Assembly (NCBI GenBank): GCA_021818465.1
Contig: JAKAEA010000001.1
Coordinates: forward strand, 454,045-518,044
From: a bacterium
GTDB taxonomy: Bacteria > Patescibacteriota > Minisyncoccia > Phycocordibacterales > JAKAEA01
Direction: 5' to 3'
DNA: 64,000 nt
The notes under the pieces were generated by a model that searched no databases, was not told the origin of the DNA, and saw only the letters and a program-made list of their open reading frames with translations. The position numbers and the translations under genes were made by a program. How positions within the stretch are numbered: position 1 is the first letter of the stretch; every line of letters begins with the position of its first letter. Of the stretch, positions 46,184 to 55,284 are shown in pieces.

Positions 46184-47281
46184 TTACACATTCACCCCAA
46201 TCGCTTCACGCACCGTTTTCATCTTCGCATCAGCAACAGCACGCGCCTGTTCCCCACCACGAGCAAGAATTTCCCGTACTACATCTGGTTTTTTTTCTAA
46301 TACAGCACGCCGTTCCCGCAATGGCGCGCTAAACGCCGAAATTTTTTCTATTAATAATTCTTTTGACTCTTTGTAACTAATAGTCCCCGTACGATATCGC
46401 TTTGCTAACGCTTCGAGCTCAACAGCGGCAGTAAAAAGTTTATGTAAGGCAAAAATATTATCTTGCTCTGGATCTTTAGGGTCATGCGGACTCTTGGAAT
46501 CGGTCACGATACTCATCACCGCTTTCTTGATCGTTTCCTCATCAGCAAAAAGTGGAATAGTATTGCCATAGCTTTTAGACATTTTGCGACCGTCGATGCC
46601 CGGCACTGTCGCTACGTCCTCTACCATCAAAGCATTCGGTAATGTAAACAGATCACTAAAAGTGCCATTGAACTTTTGAGCTATATCACGAGTGTATTCT
46701 ATATGCTGTTTCTGATCTTGACCCACCGGCACTACCTGAGCATCGTAGAGCAAAATATCCGCGGCCATAAGAACAGGATAATTAAATGTGCCAACGTTTC
46801 CCGTATCTTCCATAAGTTCACCTTCTCCAATAAGCTTTTTTTTAATCTCATACCCCATTTGATCAAAAGATTTCCCTTGTGGAATAGTAAAATTTTCAGG
46901 CGAGGCAATTGATTTTATTTTTTTATCTACTGTTTCTTTATAGGCATGAGCTCGTTGCAGAAATGATACCGTTACCAATGTATCAAAAATCCAAGTCAAC
47001 TCCGTGTGCGCAGAAACGTCAGATTGTTTGAATATAATGGCCTTTTTTGGGTCCAAACCAATAGCAAGATAATCAAGGGCTAGATCAATAATGTATTGTC
47101 GCATTTTCTCTGCATCTTTAATCGTGGTAAGTGCGTGGTAGTCGGCAATCATAAAATAGCAGGTATATTCACCCGAATTCAAAAGATTAACAAACTGCCG
47201 CATAGCGCCAAAGTAGTTACCGATATGAGGGCGACCAGTCGGTTTAACGCCGGAAAGCAAAATTTTTTGCGAAGCAGACAT
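46184..47281 (-). CDS. trpS: Tryptophan--tRNA ligase
   Basis: SGVKPTG, HIGN, ADYHA, YPVLMAADIL, VPVGQDQ, KMSKS. Confidence 0.97.
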   Translation of the reverse strand: MSASQKILLSGVKPTGRPHIGNYFGAMRQFVNLLNSGEYTCYFMIADYHALTTIKDAEKMRQYIIDLALDYLAIGLDPKKAIIFKQSDVSAHTELTWIFDTLVTVSFLQRAHAYKETVDKKIKSIASPENFTIPQGKSFDQMGYEIKKKLIGEGELMEDTGNVGTFNYPVLMAADILLYDAQVVPVGQDQKQHIEYTRDIAQKFNGTFSDLFTLPNALMVEDVATVPGIDGRKMSKSYGNTIPLFADEETIKKAVMSIVTDSKSPHDPKDPEQDNIFALHKLFTAAVELEALAKRYRTGTISYKESKELLIEKISAFSAPLRERRAVLEKKPDVVREILARGGEQARAVADAKMKTVREAIGVNV

Positions 47282-47387
47282 ATATGTTTATAATAACAGG
47301 AGCTGTAATAAAAAGCAGCGGATATCGTATACATAGTATCAAACGCCATTACAAAGTAAAATTACTAGTATTATTTTTTATACGTAT

Positions 47388-47969
47388 ATGAATACTTTAT
47401 ATTCAAAAAAACATACCGGGAGCGTAATGGGGTGGATTGTTATTATTATTTTTATTCTTATAATCGTAGGAGGAATATTGTATTATCTCTCAACACAAAA
47501 TGGCGCAATTCCCCCGGGAGTTTTGAATAACAATGGGAATAGCTCTGCAACATCAACTCCCACACCGACCCAACAAACCGCAACCACCACCGCGCTAGCA
47601 AGCACCACCTCCGCAGGCGTACCAATGATTCCCTATTACACGCTAGCGATAAAAACGAGTCCGACACTTGGTCAATATTTAACCGCCGCGGATGGTATGA
47701 CACTCTATGTATACGCCCATGACTCAAATAATAAAAGTGCATGTACGGGCACCTGCAGCGTGATATGGCCACCATACACCGTTCTTTCAACTAACGCACT
47801 CACCGTGGGCCCTCACCTGGCTGGAAAAATTGGTTTTATAACTCGCGCTAATGGCACAAAACAAGTAACGTATAATGGCGCACCTCTCTACTTTTACGAA
47901 AAGGACATTAAGCCAGGAGAAACTCTAGGTAATGGAATCTTAGGATTGTGGTCAGTGGCCAAGCCGTAA
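47388..47969 (+). CDS. Membrane-anchored protein with COG4315/Lipoprotein_15-type repeats
   Basis: GMTLYVYAHD..CTGTCSVIWPP and QVTYNGAPLYFYEKD..GNG..W. Confidence 0.8.
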   Translation: MNTLYSKKHTGSVMGWIVIIIFILIIVGGILYYLSTQNGAIPPGVLNNNGNSSATSTPTPTQQTATTTALASTTSAGVPMIPYYTLAIKTSPTLGQYLTAADGMTLYVYAHDSNNKSACTGTCSVIWPPYTVLSTNALTVGPHLAGKIGFITRANGTKQVTYNGAPLYFYEKDIKPGETLGNGILGLWSVAKP

Positions 47970-47972
47970 AAC

Positions 47973-49394
47973 TTACTTTTTTTTCTTCCAAACGCTATCC
48001 TGACGAACGAGCAGATTCTGAGCTTGCTCTCGATGCTCCATAAGTTCTTCGGTAACGCGCTCCATACGCATACTTTGAGAGCCTTTAACAAAAATAATAT
48101 CGCCTGGCTGCAATTCTTCGGCAAGGTAGCGGCCAGCTTCACGACTAGTGTCAAATTGCAAAACAGCCGATTCATCCATACCGGCGTTTAAAGCACTTTC
48201 AGCAGCAGCTCGCATTCGTACTCCCACCGCTACCAAAAGCACAGAAACATTGTTGGGAATTTTTTGTTGCGCATCTGTAGGTAATGGCACTGCTTTTGCT
48301 GCAATGGCCGCGACATGTTCCCCCACCTTACGATGTTCAGCCGATGAATAATCGCCAAGCTCAAGCATATCACCCAGTACAGCAATTTTGCGACCAGGAG
48401 CTTGTATCGCTTCAAGGACATGTAAACCTGCAGCCACAGCAATTGGCGAAGCATTATAACTATCATCAATAATAGTCGTTCCCCGCATACCCGGCACGAG
48501 ACGCATTCGCCCTGGAGTCGGCGCATATTCCGCCAACCCTTCCGCCACCTTAAGCGGATTAAACCGTATATCACTATGCTCTTTGCGCTTGATATCTTCC
48601 GTAACTGCCAAAGCCGTAGCAAAAGCAGCAATAACCGGGTACACGTGCTGACGGCCGAGCACATTGGAAATAGCTACTGGTAAACTAGCACCGCCACCAT
48701 ATTCCAAACGAAAACGCATCCCCGTGGGCACCGCGAAATCTGAAAATTCTCTCGGTGCATAGATAATTTCTTCGTTCGATACCCGCACCATAGCACCCGC
48801 AGAAAAACCGTAGGTAATTTTTTTACCAGCTATGGTATTAGCAAGAGCTACAATACGATCATCATCGGCATTAACGACCAACACACCTTCAGGTCGTAGT
48901 GCTGCCACTAATTGACCCTTTTCGCTCACCAGAGCGTCAATTGATGGAAAAAACTCAACATGTACAGGCACATCAGGAATACGTGTCAACGTCACAATAT
49001 CCGGCTTGATCCATTTTGTCACTCGGCCAATATCACCTGGCCGATCGGCACCAATCTCTAACACCAGCCAACGTGGATATTGAAACGTAAACACAGCAAG
49101 CAAAAATCCCTCTACAAAATTAACGAGCCAACGAAAAGGATTGTACCAGCCATTTGGCAAACCGAGTACCGAAAGGGCTACACCAATATCACTATTGAAA
49201 CTTTTCTCGCTCATACGAACATCGGCAGCACCACCGGCAAATATGCCGGCCAGCGCCGTTCCTATAGCATCTTTGGTTGAGGTTTTTCCTACGGAACCAG
49301 TGATAGCCACAATACCTGGTTTGTATTTTTTAAGTACCAACTGCGCTTCCCAAACTATAATTTTTTCAACAATATATTTAAAAATGTGTTTCAT
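47973..49394 (-). CDS. murF: UDP-MurNAc-tripeptide--D-Ala-D-Ala ligase
   Basis: ITGSVGKTSTK, DDSYNASP, VLGDMLELG, VKGSQSMRME. Confidence 0.93.
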   Translation of the reverse strand: MKHIFKYIVEKIIVWEAQLVLKKYKPGIVAITGSVGKTSTKDAIGTALAGIFAGGAADVRMSEKSFNSDIGVALSVLGLPNGWYNPFRWLVNFVEGFLLAVFTFQYPRWLVLEIGADRPGDIGRVTKWIKPDIVTLTRIPDVPVHVEFFPSIDALVSEKGQLVAALRPEGVLVVNADDDRIVALANTIAGKKITYGFSAGAMVRVSNEEIIYAPREFSDFAVPTGMRFRLEYGGGASLPVAISNVLGRQHVYPVIAAFATALAVTEDIKRKEHSDIRFNPLKVAEGLAEYAPTPGRMRLVPGMRGTTIIDDSYNASPIAVAAGLHVLEAIQAPGRKIAVLGDMLELGDYSSAEHRKVGEHVAAIAAKAVPLPTDAQQKIPNNVSVLLVAVGVRMRAAAESALNAGMDESAVLQFDTSREAGRYLAEELQPGDIIFVKGSQSMRMERVTEELMEHREQAQNLLVRQDSVWKKKK

Positions 49395-49419
49395 ACTATA
49401 TCCATAAAGCTACTAAACC

Positions 49420-51138
49420 CTATCGGTCAGGCGGAACATCGTAATAGCTTATCAGATATTTTACGATATTAACAAATGCCGGTGTTAAGCTTTGCGAAGC
49501 AAACTCGACACCTTGTGGTTTATAGGTATAGAGAAATACAAGAAACCGCGCATGTGAGCCAATAGAAGGGAAAAAGCCGCAAAATGAGTTGAGATATTGA
49601 TTAGGCAAGTAGCCACCGCCTGGTATAGCGATTTGCGCAGTACCATCTTTCGAGGCAACGGAGTAATGTTTGAAATATACTGCACCAACACGATCATTCA
49701 CGAGAGCAACTTGGTACACGTGCGTCAACATCTGAGCAATGGTAACTGCCGTAGATGTCGCAATAACTCTCGGCCCCGGACCATAGGAAATATTTTTAAC
49801 CGTGCCATTCGTATACATAATCTGACTAACAACATGCGGCGTAGGAAGCGTGCCCCCATTAGCTAGTGCACTCCATGCTCGCACAGTAGAAATTGGAGAA
49901 AGTGCAATACCTTGACCAAATGCTGCTGTAGCCAAATCAATATTTTTGGAACTATTTAAGGTACGTAACAGATTGGTTGCCTCATTGGGTAAATCGATAC
50001 CTGTACTTGAAGCAAGACCGAAACGGTCCATGTATTCTTGAAAACGTTGATGCCCGAGTTCTAAAGCTACGGTGGCTGCACCAGTATTGAGCGACTGGTC
50101 GAGAACAGTTTGCATTGTTGTGTATGGCCCCCGACCACGGTGGTCGTAATTCCAAATAGTAGAACCATCGACTTTTAAAAAACCCTTATCGTTGTATGTG
50201 GTTGTTGGGGTAACAAGTCCCGTATCAACACCAGCTGCCATGGTAAGCGCTTTAATGATGGATCCCATCTCATATACATTTTCTACTAGTGGATTTTTAT
50301 ACACCGCTATATTAGAAACCGTGGCATACGTATTGGGATTAAAACTTGGTGTTGCTCCCATAGCATAAATAGCGCCGGTTTCTGGATTAATAATAATGCC
50401 ACCCGTAATACCTGCGTGATATTTATTTTGAACCGCTTGAAGTTGCTGTTCTAAATATTGCTGCACATTTGGATCAATAGTGGTCACAATACTACCCTCT
50501 TGTTGACCACCTGTCGCGGTTTGAATATTAGAAAAAATTTGTGCAAAAAGATTGACGTACATTCCCGCATTACTGCGATTCAGTACGTTATTGTAATATT
50601 TCTCTAAACCATACAAACCAGTAGTTGACGTGCCATCATAACCAACAAAACCCACCACCTGCGAAGCCAGCGAACCTTCAGGATAATACCGCCAACGATC
50701 TTGGTATACACCAACTGCCGAAAGTTTCAGAGCCTTAATGGCATCAGCTTCGTTTTGCGGCACCTGTTTTGCTATTTCTTGATAGACACTGTTTGTATTC
50801 GTCGCATCAGCAAGAAATGTTTGTTCATTCAGAGGTATAATTGCTGCTAATTTTTTATAAAGCGCACTTGGCGACGTCGTGCCAGCGGCAATAACATTAG
50901 GATTAATAGCTACCGTATAGCCACTTTTTAAATCCGCTGCTGGAATAAGAGTGCCAGATTTATCTTGAAAATAAATTGTACCTCGATCATATAAACCACT
51001 TGCCGGCTGTACATACTGCTGATCAGCCCGATCAGAAAAAGCGGCTCCTTGCACAATTTGTACAAAGTAGAGCCGCGCAACTAAAATCAAAGCGAAGCCG
51101 ATAAGTACACCGGAAATGAATCTGATACGGCCACGCAT
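49420..51138 (-). CDS. ftsI: Class B penicillin-binding protein (FtsI-like)
   Basis: RGTIY, RYYPEG, GLE, SxxK (GSIIK), SLN; third motif reads KDG; located in mraZ-rsmH-ftsL-ftsI-murF order. Confidence 0.85.
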   Translation of the reverse strand: MRGRIRFISGVLIGFALILVARLYFVQIVQGAAFSDRADQQYVQPASGLYDRGTIYFQDKSGTLIPAADLKSGYTVAINPNVIAAGTTSPSALYKKLAAIIPLNEQTFLADATNTNSVYQEIAKQVPQNEADAIKALKLSAVGVYQDRWRYYPEGSLASQVVGFVGYDGTSTTGLYGLEKYYNNVLNRSNAGMYVNLFAQIFSNIQTATGGQQEGSIVTTIDPNVQQYLEQQLQAVQNKYHAGITGGIIINPETGAIYAMGATPSFNPNTYATVSNIAVYKNPLVENVYEMGSIIKALTMAAGVDTGLVTPTTTYNDKGFLKVDGSTIWNYDHRGRGPYTTMQTVLDQSLNTGAATVALELGHQRFQEYMDRFGLASSTGIDLPNEATNLLRTLNSSKNIDLATAAFGQGIALSPISTVRAWSALANGGTLPTPHVVSQIMYTNGTVKNISYGPGPRVIATSTAVTIAQMLTHVYQVALVNDRVGAVYFKHYSVASKDGTAQIAIPGGGYLPNQYLNSFCGFFPSIGSHARFLVFLYTYKPQGVEFASQSLTPAFVNIVKYLISYYDVPPDR

Positions 51139-51144
51139 ATTTCT

Positions 51145-51504
51145 TTACGGATATTTTACCGCAAAAGCCGCTCCTGGAATAGGTGCTGCGGAGGCAGAAA
51201 TAAACTGTGGTGACGCCACGTTTTGATATCCGTCTTGATGTGCCAACGCCAGTGAAATTGCACTTTCTTGACTGATATAGGTTGATTGCATTGCATCTAC
51301 ATTGAGCGTCAATTGAGCATTTTGATTTTGTAATCTACCGTACTGTACTACGTTGTATACCGTAGCGTTAATAAGATAGAGGTACGCGAACGCGAGAAAC
51401 AGGAGCGCGCCGACGAGCATAAAGAACAGTCGGCGCGCGGTAAAACGATGTAACCACGATTGCCAAAGCGGAAGTGTTGAATTGTATGTTGCTATGTACT
51501 GCAT
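51145..51504 (-). CDS. FtsL-like bitopic division protein
   Basis: Single TM and coiled coil, lying between rsmH and ftsI. Confidence 0.6.
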   Translation of the reverse strand: MQYIATYNSTLPLWQSWLHRFTARRLFFMLVGALLFLAFAYLYLINATVYNVVQYGRLQNQNAQLTLNVDAMQSTYISQESAISLALAHQDGYQNVASPQFISASAAPIPGAAFAVKYP

Positions 51505-51510
51505 GAAAAA

Positions 51511-52431
51511 TTATTTTTTAATAATGATACGTAATTTTGCGGAACGAGCGCGCGGGTTTGTGTTAATTTCTTGCGATGTCGACGTAATTGGTTTTTTAGT
51601 AACAAGGATCGCGCGGTCAGCCTTGTATTCGCGCTGAAAGAAACGCTTCACGACACGATCTTCCAAGCTATGAAAAGAAATGACGGCAATGCGACCACCA
51701 GAGCATAAAACACGCCAACCGTCATCGAGAACCTGCTGCAATGCGCCAAGCTCATCATTGACCGCAATGCGCAGTGCTTGAAATGTCTTTGTGGCGGGAT
51801 GAACACGACGATGATGATAGCTATGCGGTGTTGCTGTCATGATGAGCTCTACTAACTGGCCGACCGTACGAAATGGTGCATGTAGACGAGCGGCAACAAT
51901 TGCTGCAGCAATTTTTTTAGCGTAGCGCTCCTCACCATAACCGTATAAAATCGTTGCGAGCGTCTCTTCGCTCCACGTGTTCAGGATAATTTCGGCGGTC
52001 AGAAGTGGTTGCTCACGCGTTGGATCAGCAAATGTCATCAGTAACGGCTCATCGGGTTTTTGAAAACTAAATCCCCTACCCGATGTCGCCAATTCATCAG
52101 AACTTAGCCCCAAATCCAGTAAGAGTTTATTGATTGCATGAACACCCAGATCATCAAGCACGAGTGCTAATCGGCGAAAATTGCTTTCCACAAAGGAAAT
52201 GTGTGTTTGATCAAACCCTGCGAGTCGTGCTCGGGCACGCTCAAGTGCGCTACGATCAGCATCAAGACACACGAGCTGTACCTGGCCATTCCAACGTTTT
52301 AAAATTTCTACGCTGTGACCACCACCACCTGTTGTGCCATCAACAACTACGTCATTCGCCGCAATGGCTAAGCCATCAATCGTTTCTTGTAAAAGAACTG
52401 GAATATGGATGGTGTCGGTATCGTTCGACAT
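51511..52431 (-). CDS. rsmH: 16S rRNA m4C1402 methyltransferase
   Basis: HIPVLL, DGTTGGGGHS, DLGLSS, FQALRIAVNDEL, SFHSLEDR, NPRARSAKLR. Confidence 0.97.
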   Translation of the reverse strand: MSNDTDTIHIPVLLQETIDGLAIAANDVVVDGTTGGGGHSVEILKRWNGQVQLVCLDADRSALERARARLAGFDQTHISFVESNFRRLALVLDDLGVHAINKLLLDLGLSSDELATSGRGFSFQKPDEPLLMTFADPTREQPLLTAEIILNTWSEETLATILYGYGEERYAKKIAAAIVAARLHAPFRTVGQLVELIMTATPHSYHHRRVHPATKTFQALRIAVNDELGALQQVLDDGWRVLCSGGRIAVISFHSLEDRVVKRFFQREYKADRAILVTKKPITSTSQEINTNPRARSAKLRIIIKK

Positions 52432-52452
52432 AGTCGCAATTGTCGCCACACA

Positions 52453-52887
52453 CTAGAAAGCGCCGATCTCACCAAGCTTTTGTGCCAACTCGTCAGCGCG
52501 ACTACTGATACCTTTCTTGTAATTCGCCCAGCGTGTCTCGTTCCAGATTTCTAAGCGATTACCGACGCCGGCAAACACAATCTTGCCACCAAGCTTGGCG
52601 AATTCCCGCAGATGCTCAGGAATGAGCAATCTACCGGCACCGTCAACCTCCGTATCAGTAGCACCAGAGAGCATCAAACGATTAAAACCGCGGCTGTCAG
52701 CCTGGCCAGTAGAAAGATTGGCAAGCTTTGTAGCAATCGTTTGCCATTCCGCCTGCGAATACAGAGCCAGACACTGATCTAAACCGTAGGTAATAACCAC
52801 CGTCGTACCTAGGTCACGGCGGAATTTCGCGGGCAATGCAACGCGATTTTTATCATCAACAGTATGTTTAAATTCGCCGATTAACAT
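52453..52887 (-). CDS. mraZ: Division/cell-wall cluster transcriptional regulator MraZ
   Basis: MLIGEF, DDKNRVALPAKFR, DGAGRLLIP, RLEIW. Confidence 0.97.
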   Translation of the reverse strand: MLIGEFKHTVDDKNRVALPAKFRRDLGTTVVITYGLDQCLALYSQAEWQTIATKLANLSTGQADSRGFNRLMLSGATDTEVDGAGRLLIPEHLREFAKLGGKIVFAGVGNRLEIWNETRWANYKKGISSRADELAQKLGEIGAF

Positions 52888-52901
52888 AGGGTGTGTATCC
52901 T

Positions 52902-52935
52902 CCACTTTTTCCCACTATATACCATTTTATACCAC
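52902..52935 (-). promoter_or_regulatory. MraZ-binding direct repeats
   Basis: GTGG/ATGG repeated four times at an exact 10-bp period (CCAC 52902, CCAC 52912, CCAT 52922, CCAC 52932 on +) directly upstream of mraZ. Confidence 0.8.
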
Positions 52936-53098
52936 TTTTAGCTACTGACAACCATAGTTATCCACACTTACACCAGGATATTTTGATATCTAGAACACGC
53001 CACACACTAATAATAGTGCGCTAGCGTAATTATCATATATGTACCTATAAGCCCAATGAATATGAGTAAATCAACACCGCTAGACTATATATCTATAT

Positions 53099-54700
53099 CT
53101 ATACACTCGCTTCCTTGAGACGCTGCACAACAAAATCACGATCAAGAACACTCAGAAACCAACCTGCTTTAGGGCCACTAGCACGATCAAGAAAAGAAAT
53201 GTAAATTGCCGAGAAAAAATCTTTAGGATGTATACCCATTTCATTTTTTATATCATGAAGCGCTGTGTGCAACTCTAAACCACTAATGGAATCGGCACCG
53301 AACGACATAATTTTTTCTAAAACCTTTTTGAGTGCCGTTTTTTGTTCAGTAGAAAAATTTTTAGCCGCCTGAGGAAGTGTCTGCTGGAGAAAAAATTGAT
53401 ATTCTGGCGGTGCGTAGGTATCAAGCCAGCGACGCGCATAAGTTTCGCGTAATTCAATTTCTTGCACATCTTCAATAGTCAGCGTACTTCCCTTTTCTTT
53501 TTCGACATGGGCCGTTATAGAAATATGCGGCATTTGCACAAGATAGGTAATGTATGAAAATCGCGGCAAAAAATGAGCCGAGAGTAATGGACGATCGCTG
53601 GGACGATGCATCAAAAAAAAGGTGCGCGAAAAATCACTGAGCTGATTTTGGGTGGCACGATCGGCAAAATATTTTTCCGCGTAACTGTCGTACGCGTCAT
53701 AGAGCAGAGGTACTGTGTCACCCTCTGGATTAAAATCGATAACGCGTTGTGGCTCACGTTGTAACAAGAGAAGCCGAACTAATTCCGGTGGAAACACGTC
53801 TGCCACTTCACGCGACGATGAACCACGACCTTTTGAGGACGACATTTTTTTACCACCAATATTGAAAAATTCGTACGGAATATTAAAAGGCGGCTCATGA
53901 TTAAAAACCCGCCGCGAAATTGCCTCGGCCACCTGACGTGAGCCGCCACGTGTAGAATGATCTTTTCCCGCTCCTTCTATGTCTACATCGAGTATTTTAA
54001 ATTTTGCCGCCCACTCAACCTTCCACGGCAATTTCGCTCGTCCGTTAAACGGCGAGACTGTTCCCTGATAACCGCAACCGTTAGTAAAGGCGACATCCTT
54101 ACAGGTATAACTGACTCGTTCACCATCAAAACTCGTAGCCACCGTAGTACTTACCTTGCCGCACTGTTCGCAGACGACATTAATGGGTAACCGGTCAGCC
54201 GAGCGTTCAGAGCCCGACACTTCCCTATTGATTTTTCCTATTTCTTCCGCGTGTTCAAGAGCTAACCGAATAGCTTCATTAAATTTTCCACTCCTATAAA
54301 GATCGCTGACGCGATAAAACTCTGGCGAAAATCCTAGTTCTTTAATAACGCCAATAAATTCGGCGGCATAATATTCGGCAAAATTCACCGCCACACCATC
54401 GGGAGACGGTACGGTATTGAGCGGTTTACCAAGGTATGGCTCATAGGTTTTTCTATCGAGTGTCGCGGGAATATCATCCATCGGATCATGGTCATTAATT
54501 TCAAAGAGATACGTATTGTTGATATTTCGCTCAGACAAAATCTCTGAAAGAAGACCGTGAATAGCTACTCCGCGCAACGACCCAACGTGCACCCGCCCTG
54601 ATGCGGTTTTTTCATCACGAATAATAAGCGGCCGACCGCTTTTTATTTTTTCTTGAAATTTTTGCTCGATATCATGACCGAGTCGATCAGCCCAAAACAT
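53099..54700 (-). CDS. lysS: Lysine--tRNA ligase, class I
   Basis: MFWAD, ASGRVHVGS, KLPWKVEW, GKDH, KMSSSKG, GPKAGWF. Confidence 0.95.
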   Translation of the reverse strand: MFWADRLGHDIEQKFQEKIKSGRPLIIRDEKTASGRVHVGSLRGVAIHGLLSEILSERNINNTYLFEINDHDPMDDIPATLDRKTYEPYLGKPLNTVPSPDGVAVNFAEYYAAEFIGVIKELGFSPEFYRVSDLYRSGKFNEAIRLALEHAEEIGKINREVSGSERSADRLPINVVCEQCGKVSTTVATSFDGERVSYTCKDVAFTNGCGYQGTVSPFNGRAKLPWKVEWAAKFKILDVDIEGAGKDHSTRGGSRQVAEAISRRVFNHEPPFNIPYEFFNIGGKKMSSSKGRGSSSREVADVFPPELVRLLLLQREPQRVIDFNPEGDTVPLLYDAYDSYAEKYFADRATQNQLSDFSRTFFLMHRPSDRPLLSAHFLPRFSYITYLVQMPHISITAHVEKEKGSTLTIEDVQEIELRETYARRWLDTYAPPEYQFFLQQTLPQAAKNFSTEQKTALKKVLEKIMSFGADSISGLELHTALHDIKNEMGIHPKDFFSAIYISFLDRASGPKAGWFLSVLDRDFVVQRLKEASV

Positions 54701-54735
54701 AGCGCTATTGTAACGACAGAAACAGGAAAGAGCAA

Positions 54736-55215
54736 TTAAGAAATCTTAACGATCGTGTACGCAACATCACCAGAGGGTGTTTTTACAGAAATGCTTTCGC
54801 CTTTTTTCTTACCCAATACGGCGGCACCAAGCGGCGAGGAAGCGGAAATCTTTCGAGCGAGCATATCAGCTTCTTCACTGCCCACAACCGTGTAATCGAT
54901 ATTTTCTTTTTTTCCTTCGCGGCGCAATTCAACTTTTGATCCAACAGTTACCACACCACTCTGTTTTCCAGCAGCGTCAGCGTCAACAATCGTAGCACCC
55001 TTAAGTAAGGTATCGAGTTTGCTAATACGATCCTCGAGCATTGCTTGTTCCTCACGAGCTTGATGATACTCGGCATTTTCCGACAAATCACCGAGCTGTT
55101 TAGCATATTCCAATTCTTCAGCAACTTCTTTGCGTTTGGTATTACGTAAATGCTCAAGTTCTTCGGTCAGTTGAACAAATTTTTCCTTTGTTAAATATTC
55201 TTTATTTTCAGCCAT
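54736..55215 (-). CDS. greA: Transcription elongation factor GreA
   Basis: GDLSENAEYH, ISASSPLGAAVLG. Confidence 0.96.
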   Translation of the reverse strand: MAENKEYLTKEKFVQLTEELEHLRNTKRKEVAEELEYAKQLGDLSENAEYHQAREEQAMLEDRISKLDTLLKGATIVDADAAGKQSGVVTVGSKVELRREGKKENIDYTVVGSEEADMLARKISASSPLGAAVLGKKKGESISVKTPSGDVAYTIVKIS

Positions 55216-55284
55216 AATGAGGTTTTAAAGTGGCCGTAAGTATACACAGTGGCCAAACAAAAGTCAATACTATCGGCAGCACAA

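Noticed and set aside
52902-52935. 10-bp periodic repeats as a novel repeat or mini-CRISPR
   Set aside because: Explained by the known MraZ operator architecture
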